From Promethearchaeota archaeon (GTDB taxonomy: Archaea > Asgardarchaeota > Lokiarchaeia > Sigyniarchaeales > SOKP01): DNA of 18,430 nt. Where the stretch lies: contig JAUVXW010000047.1 in NCBI GenBank assembly GCA_030603385.1, positions 1 through 18,430 on the forward strand, read 5' to 3'. The notes under the pieces were generated by a model. The model was not told the DNA's origin. It did no database searches and was given only the letters and a program-made list of their open reading frames with translations. Position numbers and translations under genes: made by a program. Position 1 is the stretch's first letter; every line of letters starts with the position of its first letter. Shown in pieces: positions 1-8,382 of the stretch.

Positions 1-146
1 TCAATTAGTACAACTTTTTCTTCCTTAATTAAGTAGGAATTGTAAGTAGAACCACGATTCGTGGAATATTCGTCTCCATGGAATTTTTGGAGTTCCCAAT
101 CTACTTTACCGACCCAATAAACATTATTTTTTATTTTAAAGCTCAT
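1..146 (-). CDS. Flavodiiron protein (FprA / flavorubredoxin NorV-like), N-terminal part only; continues beyond the left edge
   Basis: Hand translation of the reverse strand from ATG at 146: [48 protein letters not shown](D). This is the typical FDP metallo-beta-lactamase N-terminus (WVG..DWE...FHG..Y....G.TYNSYLI). SD-like GGTGAT at 151-156 (minus). Not in the ORF track. Confidence 0.9.
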   Translation of the reverse strand, partial: MSFKIKNNVYWVGKVDWELQKFHGDEYSTNRGSTYNSYLIKEEKVVLI

Positions 147-275
147 AAACATCACCCAAATAATTTATTATTTTAATTAACAATATTTTTCTTCCTTTAA
201 AAATTGCGTTTCTCTAAAATATTAGCGCTTGCTTCAGCAAACAAGAAATCTAGTGTTGTATTAGTATACCGTTTT

Positions 276-614
276 TTAAAGGAGTTTTGTTTCTGAAGTA
301 GGAGTGGGGGTTTTTATTACTAAGAATCGAAAAATTTTTTCAGATTCATTTAATAACCTGTGGGAGATTTTAGCTGGACTAAAAATCAATTGATCTTTTT
401 TAACATTTTCTCTTTCTTTTCCAATCTCTACTATTCCATTGCCTTCAAGAATGTAAAAATTCACATCTACTGGAGTTATGTGCCTTTTAAGAGCTTCTCC
501 TGGTTTAAGTTCAATGTGAACAAATGTTGCATGTTCAAAATTAAGTAATTTTTTTACATCTACTTTATGAGGTGTATCTGCAATTTGAACGTCTTTAACA
601 TCTACAATTTTCAT
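276..614 (-). CDS. Cupin domain protein
   Basis: 112 aa. Cupin motif 1 PGEALKRHITP...FYILEGNG and motif 2 DQLIFSPAKISH. Confidence 0.85.
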   Translation of the reverse strand: MKIVDVKDVQIADTPHKVDVKKLLNFEHATFVHIELKPGEALKRHITPVDVNFYILEGNGIVEIGKERENVKKDQLIFSPAKISHRLLNESEKIFRFLVIKTPTPTSETKLL

Positions 615-856
615 TTAATTTTCATCTTAACTTTTTATTTTTTATTAATAAACTAAGCTGCCTAAGAATTGATAGGATATAAGTTTTAAAGCGAACATCT
701 TCGGAATTAGTTTTTCTCCTATACTATGCTTTAACTGCTATATATAAGATAATTCTCTGAAAATTTTTTATAAATTCGTCTCCTCGTTTCAGAGAGAAGA
801 TTAAGATATTTTTTGGCTCACATCAAATTTACAAGATTTCTATTTGGAGAGTAATT

Positions 857-1171
857 TTAGTGTCCATCTTGAACACCTAAAATAATCAAATTTTCAAGAC
901 TTTTTATACCTCTTATTTCATTAGCTTCGATGAATAAAGAATCATTCTTTTTTAATTCAAATTCTCCGTCTTTACTGGTAAAAATTCCAGAACCCTCTAA
1001 TATAAAAAAAAATACAGCATAAGGTTCAGGGTGTGGTTGTATTTCTAGCCCTTTTTCTAAGCACACACGAACAATATTAAACATTTTTGATTTAATGATT
1101 TTTTTTAGAACTGGTTTTTTTACTGAAAATGTTATATTAGATAATAGAATATCAGATTTCATTTTTTTCAC
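857..1171 (-). CDS. Cupin domain protein (degenerate metal site)
   Basis: 104 aa. KGLEIQPHPEP...FFILEGSG...NDSLFIEANEIRG. GTG start supported by GAGGT SD at 1180-1184 (minus), 8 nt upstream. Confidence 0.8.
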   Translation of the reverse strand: MKKMKSDILLSNITFSVKKPVLKKIIKSKMFNIVRVCLEKGLEIQPHPEPYAVFFFILEGSGIFTSKDGEFELKKNDSLFIEANEIRGIKSLENLIILGVQDGH

Positions 1172-1367
1172 TATTAATTACCTCATATTTTTTTTCAATC
1201 GTTTACAGCAACGAGGGATCCAAATCTTCTAATTAAGTTTAAAACCTTAATAGCAACTAATTCTATAATCAAATTTTGATTTTGAGAAATTTCAATCACT
1301 TAATCTTTTTTGTTACTATAATATTTTAACTAATATGATTAAATAGGAAAAAATAAAAAAATTTTAT

Positions 1368-1406
1368 CCTTTACATGTAAAGCTTATGTAAAAGGAATTA
1401 TATAAA
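1368..1406. promoter_or_regulatory. Candidate operator palindrome next to a TATA-like box in the divergent cupin/nreA intergenic region
   Basis: Perfect 14-bp palindrome CTTTACATGTAAAG (1369-1382). A second ATGTAAA half-site at 1386-1392 also forms an inverted repeat with TTTACAT. TTATATAAA follows at 1398-1406. Confidence 0.4.
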
Positions 1407-1532
1407 TTTCATTATTCATGAAGCACTTAGCTCTTTTTAATATAAATAATAAAAATTTATACTCATCTTCTCTTTTTATAATAGGAAGTACTTTTTATTA
1501 TTGAGTTAAATTAATTTTCAAGAGAAAGAAGA

Positions 1533-2864
1533 TTGGTCCGACCTCAAACAGAAAAAAATATTTGCCTTCGCTGTAAAGGAGCAAGACTTTTATGTGGGAA
1601 AAAAACTTGCCCGATTTTGCTAAAGAAGTCTGTGTTAAAATCAATGGTTCCTTTTGAAATCGATAAAACTCAGAGGAATGTAGAGATTTTTGGTGCAAGT
1701 CCTCCTGGATTTTTTGTAGGACACTTCAGCTATCCAAATGTCTATTTAGGTCCACTAGTACCGTACCAAGAATTTGAAACTGGACTTAATATATCAGATT
1801 ATCATATTCTTGATGCTCCAGAGTTGTGGTTTGGGAAAAAAATGGTTGATATAATACGTTATAGAAGCAGTTTAGTTAGAAGTAACTTTAAAACAAATGT
1901 TTTCATTGGTCGGAAGAGCCGAAAAAGTACACCTTCAATAAAAAACCAAAGGCTCCTAGAAACATCACAAGAATTATCGATGGCAGCAAGACCAGTCGAT
2001 ACAGAAACAAAGTTAGAGAAGATGAACTTACGTATGATGATGGATAACCATGCGTTACCTATGGGACCTTCTGGTATGACTGAGAAAATTACAATAACAG
2101 AAAACACAAAAGTGCATCCTCAAGTTGATTATTGTGTTGCTGATACAGATTTAAAGGCAACTGAGGCAGTCTCAGAACATCTTTACTTTAAAGGGCATGT
2201 ACCTGAATCTACAATTAAAAGAGTGTTTTCGGCAGGACTACTTGGTGAAGAAAAAAGGCGTCGAATTGTGCCGACAAGGTGGGCAATCACAGCAGTAGAT
2301 GATATAATTTCAAAAGCGTTAATAATAGAAATTAAAAAGTTTCCTGAAATCAATGATTATCAAATTTTCGAAGCAACTTACCTTGATAACCATTTTAAAA
2401 TCCTCTTATTCCCAGGTAAGTTTATTTTCGAAATGGATGAATGTTGGGCCCCAAATACGTTATGGAACATTTCTCTGTATGGGAATAATCGTAATCTAAA
2501 GCCTCAGATAATGACAGATTTTGAATTTTATCGAGGTAGGAAGAATTACGCAAGCAATATTACTGGTGCTTATTATGCTGCCCGTAAATCAGTTTGTGAG
2601 TATCTTTATAAAATTAAGAGACAGGCGCGAGTCCTGATTTTTCGAGAAGTTTCTGGAGGATATGTTGTGCCCCTTGGGGTCTGGGTAATTCGAGAAACAG
2701 TAAATAATGCTATGTTTACAACTGATCCAATTAAGTTTGATAATTTCAACGATGCTGTAAGTAAAATGGCAGAGAACTTCATGGTTGAATTTAAATATTG
2801 GAAAAAGAGTAGCAAATTAATTAATTTTATTAAAACACAGAAGACTATTGACAACTTCTTATAA
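1533..2864 (+). CDS. nreA: Nre family DNA repair protein (PCNA-interacting)
   Basis: N-terminal C-x2-C-KG-x3-LCG-x3-CP zinc motif, SPPGFFVG, RRIVPTRWAITAVD, PLGVWVIRE and a C-terminal PIP box QKTIDNFL. TTG start. Confidence 0.9.
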   Translation: MVRPQTEKNICLRCKGARLLCGKKTCPILLKKSVLKSMVPFEIDKTQRNVEIFGASPPGFFVGHFSYPNVYLGPLVPYQEFETGLNISDYHILDAPELWFGKKMVDIIRYRSSLVRSNFKTNVFIGRKSRKSTPSIKNQRLLETSQELSMAARPVDTETKLEKMNLRMMMDNHALPMGPSGMTEKITITENTKVHPQVDYCVADTDLKATEAVSEHLYFKGHVPESTIKRVFSAGLLGEEKRRRIVPTRWAITAVDDIISKALIIEIKKFPEINDYQIFEATYLDNHFKILLFPGKFIFEMDECWAPNTLWNISLYGNNRNLKPQIMTDFEFYRGRKNYASNITGAYYAARKSVCEYLYKIKRQARVLIFREVSGGYVVPLGVWVIRETVNNAMFTTDPIKFDNFNDAVSKMAENFMVEFKYWKKSSKLINFIKTQKTIDNFL

Positions 2865-2901
2865 TTTTTTATTTATAAAAAAAAAAGAGGATTTAAATAA
2901 T

Positions 2902-3960
2902 TTAAGCATATGATTTCATTTTCTTACAACTCTTGTGAATCAGGAATGAGGCACCTGTGAATAATGCGATAGAAATCAAGATAATTGAATAACCGGGGAT
3001 CTCGGGAGATCCATCATCCCCTTCTTCCGGAGGAGCATATTGGATTTCTATTTGTTCCTGAGTAACTCCGTACATGTTTTTAACTTCTACAGTAACCGTG
3101 TAGTTTCCCGCCGGAACCGAACCAAGATCAAAATCTATTAGGGTCGGTATCGCCGCCCAGGATGTCCAGGTGGATCCGTAGAACATCCTATATAGATAAT
3201 CCGTATCAGTCACTCCATCGTTATCATTATCTGCATCTGTAATTGCGACTTTAAGGTCTGTATCAGTTGAATTTACTATCAAGGTATCATGTTCAGTAGA
3301 AAAACTAAAAACGGGGGGAAGCTGTGCTGGTTGTGAATAGAGAGAAAAATTTTCCAGATCTGGGAAATTAGACTCCAATCCCGTTAAAATTCCCACATCG
3401 GTCCAATTAAAATGAATATAAGCATTGTTATAAGTCTCATTCCAAAATGCAATTGAGTATATACCATTATAAATATATAAGTTTTCCATGTTTTGATCCA
3501 TTAATTCTATCCCTAAAAATACAGATAGCCAACTTAAAATCGATGGTGAGACTTTCCCGTCATTTTCAACGGGAATTATTAATGGAGGTGTAAATACTGA
3601 AGCATATCCAACTGTTTCATTCCAATAACTAACTAATATATTAGTAGGAGTACTTGGGGTCTTCTCTCCTGAAGTCGTATTCCACGCATAACCGTTAACC
3701 CAAACACAAGTACCATTTCCCATCATCATGTAATCTGTTATATTACCATGTGTGACTTTGACCGCGGCAACTATGTCAGTAGGAAACCCTGATATTTCGT
3801 ATGCATACCATTCAGATGGATAAACAGAATGGTTTGGTATTCTTTCTGTATTTGCCCCCTCATATATCCATTCCTGAGCAGTTGCTCTAGGTACCATAAA
3901 TGAACAGAAAAAAATAATGCTAATTGTACTGAGCAAGATTATTCTTTTTACATTTTTCAT
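2902..3960 (-). CDS. Secreted/surface glycoprotein with a C-terminal Loki-CTERM-like sorting signal
   Basis: Signal peptide (MKNVKRIILLSTISIIFFCSFMVPRATA), 10 N-x-S/T sequons, a DxDxDG-like motif (DNDNDG), a beta-rich C-terminal module (GNYTVTVEVKN), then an acidic linker, PEIPGY, a TM helix and a basic tail (HKSCKKMK). Confidence 0.8.
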   Translation of the reverse strand: MKNVKRIILLSTISIIFFCSFMVPRATAQEWIYEGANTERIPNHSVYPSEWYAYEISGFPTDIVAAVKVTHGNITDYMMMGNGTCVWVNGYAWNTTSGEKTPSTPTNILVSYWNETVGYASVFTPPLIIPVENDGKVSPSILSWLSVFLGIELMDQNMENLYIYNGIYSIAFWNETYNNAYIHFNWTDVGILTGLESNFPDLENFSLYSQPAQLPPVFSFSTEHDTLIVNSTDTDLKVAITDADNDNDGVTDTDYLYRMFYGSTWTSWAAIPTLIDFDLGSVPAGNYTVTVEVKNMYGVTQEQIEIQYAPPEEGDDGSPEIPGYSIILISIALFTGASFLIHKSCKKMKSYA

Positions 3961-4248
3961 TAGTTTTAAGCCCTTGAATTTTAAAATTTTATAATACTAG
4001 ATTATAGAATATTAAATAAAGTAATGAGATTCTCCTATATAACTATTTCTTAGAAAAGCTCTTTTAGGCGGTTTTATAAAAATTTCCCTTTAAAAAAGTC
4101 TATTTAGAATTGTTTAAAAAAAATTTCGTGAGTAGTATTAAAATTCAAAGAATTTTGAATAGTTTTTTATAAATTCTCCAATTTCAATAGTTAGTTATTT
4201 TATCTCCAAAATAAAAATACTCAAAATTTATAATATAGAAGCGATTTC

Positions 4249-5103
4249 ATGATTATTGATATGCATGTTCATCCATTTTGCAGAGAAGTTTCTTGGGATG
4301 ATTTAAATAAAATAGCTGATGCAATGTGGTCTTTAGATCCTTTTAAAAGGAAATATATGTTTAAAATGTTGAAACAAGTAAGCCAAAATGTTTCTATTGA
4401 TGATTATATTGCATTGATGGATAATTTTAAAATTGAAAAATCAGTAATTGTGAGTTTTAATGTAAAGACGGCTTATGATATTATTTTAGTATCAAATGAT
4501 AATGTTGCTGATCTTGTAGCACTTCATCCAAAAAGGTTAATTGGATTTGCTGGAATTGATATCCCTGCTCCTAAGGCACTTGATCAACTTGAGTATGCAA
4601 TTAATTCACTGAATTTAAAAGGAGTGAAAGTTGTTCCTCCTGTACAAAAATTCGATATTTCAGATACGACTTATGATCCTATTTGGAAAAAAATGATTGA
4701 CCTTAATATTCCTTTATGGACACATGGGGGTCATCAAGTTTCAACCTCAGGTTCAATAGCAAGATTCGGACATCCCATGTTAATAGATGAATTAGCGATG
4801 AGACATCAAGATTTAACAGTAATAATTGGACATATGGGAACACCATGGTTTTGGGATACATATTCCGTTGTTTTAAGACACCCAAATGTATATGTCGATA
4901 TCTCTTCGCATCCTCATTTATACAACTACTTCCCATGGGATGCATACACTAATTATAACATAGAGCATAAAGTTTTATTCGGTTCCGATCACCCTTTAGT
5001 TCATTGGAACCAAATTATACCCGCTGTGAAAAATTTACCAATTTCAGACGGATTTAGAAATCTAATTTATTATGATAATGCTAAAAAAGTGTTAAACCTT
5101 TAA
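4249..5103 (+). CDS. Amidohydrolase family protein (Amidohydro_2 type TIM-barrel metallohydrolase)
   Basis: IIDMHVH metal motif, LKGVK, H.GH, IIGHMG.PW, NVYVDIS and KVLFGSDHP. Confidence 0.88.
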   Translation: MIIDMHVHPFCREVSWDDLNKIADAMWSLDPFKRKYMFKMLKQVSQNVSIDDYIALMDNFKIEKSVIVSFNVKTAYDIILVSNDNVADLVALHPKRLIGFAGIDIPAPKALDQLEYAINSLNLKGVKVVPPVQKFDISDTTYDPIWKKMIDLNIPLWTHGGHQVSTSGSIARFGHPMLIDELAMRHQDLTVIIGHMGTPWFWDTYSVVLRHPNVYVDISSHPHLYNYFPWDAYTNYNIEHKVLFGSDHPLVHWNQIIPAVKNLPISDGFRNLIYYDNAKKVLNL

Positions 5104-5159
5104 AAACACAAACTTTTTTTTGTTTTTCTTATAGTTTTACATATTCAAAATGATAAAGT

Positions 5160-6032
5160 TTGTTGAATAGATTGATTTGGAAGACACGCATAACAAAGTT
5201 AACAGGAACAAAATATCCTCTTATAATGGCTGCATTTGCGAGGCATGGGATAATTGAATTCGCGGCAGCATATTCAAATGCGGGAGGTTTAGGAATCACT
5301 ACAGCACTAACTTATGAACTTAAAGATTTTAAAAATGCACTAAAGAAAATGCGAGATCTTACTGATAAACCTTTTGGAGTAAATATAACTGTCAATGAGG
5401 AAGGGGATAAGGAAACATATTTAAAATATTTAGAAGTTGCGATAAACGCTGGAGTGAATATATTTACTACTTCAGCGTATCAAGCTATATTCCTCGGTAA
5501 AAGAATCCATGAGGCTGGCTGTTATTGGTTTCCTAAGTGTCCCTTAATGAAACATGCAATTTCAGTGGAAAAGGCAGGAGCAGATGCGATAACTTTAATG
5601 GGTATGGAATCAGCAGGCAACAAAAATCCATTTCAGCATACTACCTTGGTTAATTTAACAATGGGAAAAAGGTTGCTAAAGGTACCCTTAATTGCCGCGG
5701 GAGGAATAGGAGATGCGCGTGGTTTTCTTGGTGCTTTAGCTATGGGAGCTGATGCCGTATGCCTAGGAACTGCAATCTTAACTACGGAGGAAAGTCCAAT
5801 ATCAAGAGAAAGAAAAGAAGAAAGAATTAATACCGACATCTTTACAGAAGATTATCACCAAAGCCTTTATCATCGGAGGTTTGGAGGAACGCGTGTTCCC
5901 TCACCGTCAATAGGATTTCAAAATGAAATTATTCCTCTAAGAAATATGATTGAAAATATTGTACAAGAAGCGGAGCTTATTTTAAAGTCATGGGGATTTG
6001 ATAAGGATGAGTATTCTACTCTCTCATTATAG
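5160..6032 (+). CDS. Nitronate monooxygenase / FabK-like FMN-dependent oxidoreductase family protein
   Basis: KTRITKLTGTKYPLI, SNAGGLG, TDKPFGVN, AGADA, PLIAAGGIGDARG and LAMGADAVCLGT. TTG start at 5160 or 5163. Confidence 0.85.
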   Translation: MLNRLIWKTRITKLTGTKYPLIMAAFARHGIIEFAAAYSNAGGLGITTALTYELKDFKNALKKMRDLTDKPFGVNITVNEEGDKETYLKYLEVAINAGVNIFTTSAYQAIFLGKRIHEAGCYWFPKCPLMKHAISVEKAGADAITLMGMESAGNKNPFQHTTLVNLTMGKRLLKVPLIAAGGIGDARGFLGALAMGADAVCLGTAILTTEESPISRERKEERINTDIFTEDYHQSLYHRRFGGTRVPSPSIGFQNEIIPLRNMIENIVQEAELILKSWGFDKDEYSTLSL

Positions 6033-6144
6033 CTTTATTCTTATTAAATTGTTTAATTTAGACTTAAATTAGAAAATAATGTCATTTTTAATGAAATTAA
6101 TATTACTTTCTAATAATAAATCTGAAAATTAACGGAGATTGAAA

Positions 6145-7347
6145 ATGGCAAGAAAAACTATAGTATATTGGGCACCCCCTACCGAAATTGCAGCTCTTCC
6201 GAACACCGCTCAAAACATGGTAACTAATAATCTGGTTAAAACTCGCTTTATAGCAGATAAAATACTAGATAACATTAAAAAGGGTGATAAAGTAGGACTT
6301 AAAGTTCACGTTGGAGAGGCACACAACACGCATTATCTTCGTCCTGATTATGTGCGTGAAGTTGTAAAAGCTATTAAATTCAAGAGAGGTATTCCTACCC
6401 TCATAGAGACCCAAGGAAGGGGGAGTAATGTTGAAAAAATAGAAATTAATAACGATTATACAATATGTGTAGGGCATAGAAAATCAGCAGCAGCACATAT
6501 GGAAATTGCTCAACTTCATGGATATAGTGAGTCGGTAATAGGTGCACCTTTACGTTTTATTGATGGAGAAGAGGGGATTGATAGAAAGATTGTAAAAATA
6601 GACGGAATTGACTTGAAAGAAGTGTCTGTTGCAACAGGTCTTTTTGATTATGATAAACTGGTTGTGATTTCTCATTTTAAAGGTCATCCATTTGCAGGTT
6701 TTGGGGGAGCATTAAAGCAACTTGGATTAGGATGCGTTACAAAACATAATAAGCATTTAGCTCATTTTGGAAGTATGTTTAGTGTTAATTCTGATATTTG
6801 TAATTCTTCAAAATGCAACCAAGAATGTATAAAGGCTTGTTCAGTGGGAGCAATCAATATGAATGGTAAATCTGCTGTAATTAATGAGTCTATTTGTTAT
6901 GGATGTTTTCGATGTCTACAAAAATGCCCCATAGAGAAGGCAATAATAAGACCTACTTGGAATAACATAAAAAAATTTGTTGAACGTTTTGTAGATAATG
7001 CTAAGGCTGCGTTAAGTTTCGGTCCTGAGAAAATTAGGTATATCAATTTTGCTTTTGATATTCCCGCTAAGTGTGATTGTGTTTCTAATGCTAGTGTACC
7101 GGTGATACCCGATCTTGGTATATTTAGTTCCATTGATCCAGTATCTGTTGATAAAGCTTGTGTAGACATGGAAACAGATGCCCCAGGACTTCCATTTCTT
7201 AATAATAATGGTGAATGGTCTAAACCATTAGGGAGGGGAGTTGAAAAATTTAAAGCATTGATGCCAATAGTGGATACATCTCTTCAATTTGAAGCAGCTG
7301 TTAAGAATAAAATTGGATCAATTGAGTATGAACTAATAAAAATCTGA
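6145..7347 (+). CDS. DUF362 family Fe-S protein with an inserted 2x[4Fe-4S] ferredoxin-like domain
   Basis: GDKVGLKVHVGE, ISHFKGHPFAGFGGALKQLGLGC, Cys clusters CNSSKCNQECIKAC and CYGCFRCLQKCP, CDC, and DPVSVDKACVD. ATG at 6145 preferred over TTG 6139 because GGAG lies at 6134-6137. Confidence 0.85.
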   Translation: MARKTIVYWAPPTEIAALPNTAQNMVTNNLVKTRFIADKILDNIKKGDKVGLKVHVGEAHNTHYLRPDYVREVVKAIKFKRGIPTLIETQGRGSNVEKIEINNDYTICVGHRKSAAAHMEIAQLHGYSESVIGAPLRFIDGEEGIDRKIVKIDGIDLKEVSVATGLFDYDKLVVISHFKGHPFAGFGGALKQLGLGCVTKHNKHLAHFGSMFSVNSDICNSSKCNQECIKACSVGAINMNGKSAVINESICYGCFRCLQKCPIEKAIIRPTWNNIKKFVERFVDNAKAALSFGPEKIRYINFAFDIPAKCDCVSNASVPVIPDLGIFSSIDPVSVDKACVDMETDAPGLPFLNNNGEWSKPLGRGVEKFKALMPIVDTSLQFEAAVKNKIGSIEYELIKI

Positions 7348-7440
7348 TTTATTTTTATCTTGTTTGATTTACGTGGTAATGAAAAAGAAATAATAAAGTA
7401 AAGTATAACTAAAATAGATTTTTTTTTTATTTCTAATTTG

Positions 7441-8199
7441 TTATCGATTCATTCTTTTTTTTTTACTGAATAAATCATCTAAAAAATTAATTTTGCCACT
7501 AGTTATTCCCCGTGATAAATACATAAAAGGCGTATCCATAACCCCGAAAAACCATTTCGTCAAAATCTGACCCCATATAATTGACCAGAGCGGTAATAAA
7601 CCACCAAATGCGATACTTACGAAAATAAAACTATCTAATGCAAGCGTAGGGATATCGCTGAATATATTTCTTAACCATAAGTTTTTACCTTTTGTTAATT
7701 TCTTGAATTTGGCAAATAGAACAGCATCGAGATTTTCCGTAATTAAGAAAGCAATCCAGGAAGCAGCAGTTATACGTAGTGTTGACCCTAAAAAGTTTGC
7801 CCAAAACTTCTGAGCTTCAGCTGGATTACTACCCCAATCATATCCCCAAAAAGATGCACCCGATATTTCAATACTGAACCAAATAAAAATTGTCATAAAT
7901 ATTTGTGTGATAAATGCTATGAATATCATTCTATGTGTTGCTTTTTGCCCAAAGTTTTCATTTACCATATCTGTAATTTGAAATGTAAACGGAAATATGA
8001 TTACTGCCACTGGGGCTGTTATCGTAAAATTTCCAATACTAAAATCTCCAATTTTAACGGCTAGGATTTGAGACATGGTTAAAAATAACACAAAGAATGC
8101 AATTGCAACATCTTCTCTCTTATGAATTTTTATATATTGACTAATGAAAACTGTTGAAATAAAAATTACAACAAGCCAGACCAAAAATATTAACCACAC
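7441..8199 (-). CDS. Queuosine/7-deazaguanine precursor transporter (VUT/YhhQ family)
   Basis: Multi-TM protein with SQILAVK, FPFTFQITDMVNENFG, RITAASWIAFL, LWLRN..S and DSFIF..IAF...K...DTPFMY. GTG start with an AGGAGG SD upstream. Confidence 0.88.
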   Translation of the reverse strand: MWLIFLVWLVVIFISTVFISQYIKIHKREDVAIAFFVLFLTMSQILAVKIGDFSIGNFTITAPVAVIIFPFTFQITDMVNENFGQKATHRMIFIAFITQIFMTIFIWFSIEISGASFWGYDWGSNPAEAQKFWANFLGSTLRITAASWIAFLITENLDAVLFAKFKKLTKGKNLWLRNIFSDIPTLALDSFIFVSIAFGGLLPLWSIIWGQILTKWFFGVMDTPFMYLSRGITSGKINFLDDLFSKKKRMNR

Positions 8200-8382
8200 G
8201 TTAATCCTCCTGTTTTATTATAAGCCTTTTTCTTATTTTTCTAATTGATAAGCTTCTTTAATAATTCATAAGATAAAATTATTACATCATGGGGAGTATT
8301 GAAAAAATAATAAAATTTTTTGATTTAATTTTAATTAATGAAATAATATAGACCAATAAAACTTTTATAGTGAGATATTATC

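Noticed and set aside
5104-5130. Poly-T tracts after genes (also 7418-7432 and 9759-9776) as terminators
   Set aside because: Compatible with archaeal oligo-T termination, but too common in this AT-rich DNA to call individually.
8200-8382. preQ1 riboswitch upstream of the VUT transporter
   Set aside because: No recognisable preQ1 aptamer stem-loop or consensus. The region is AT-rich divergent promoter DNA.
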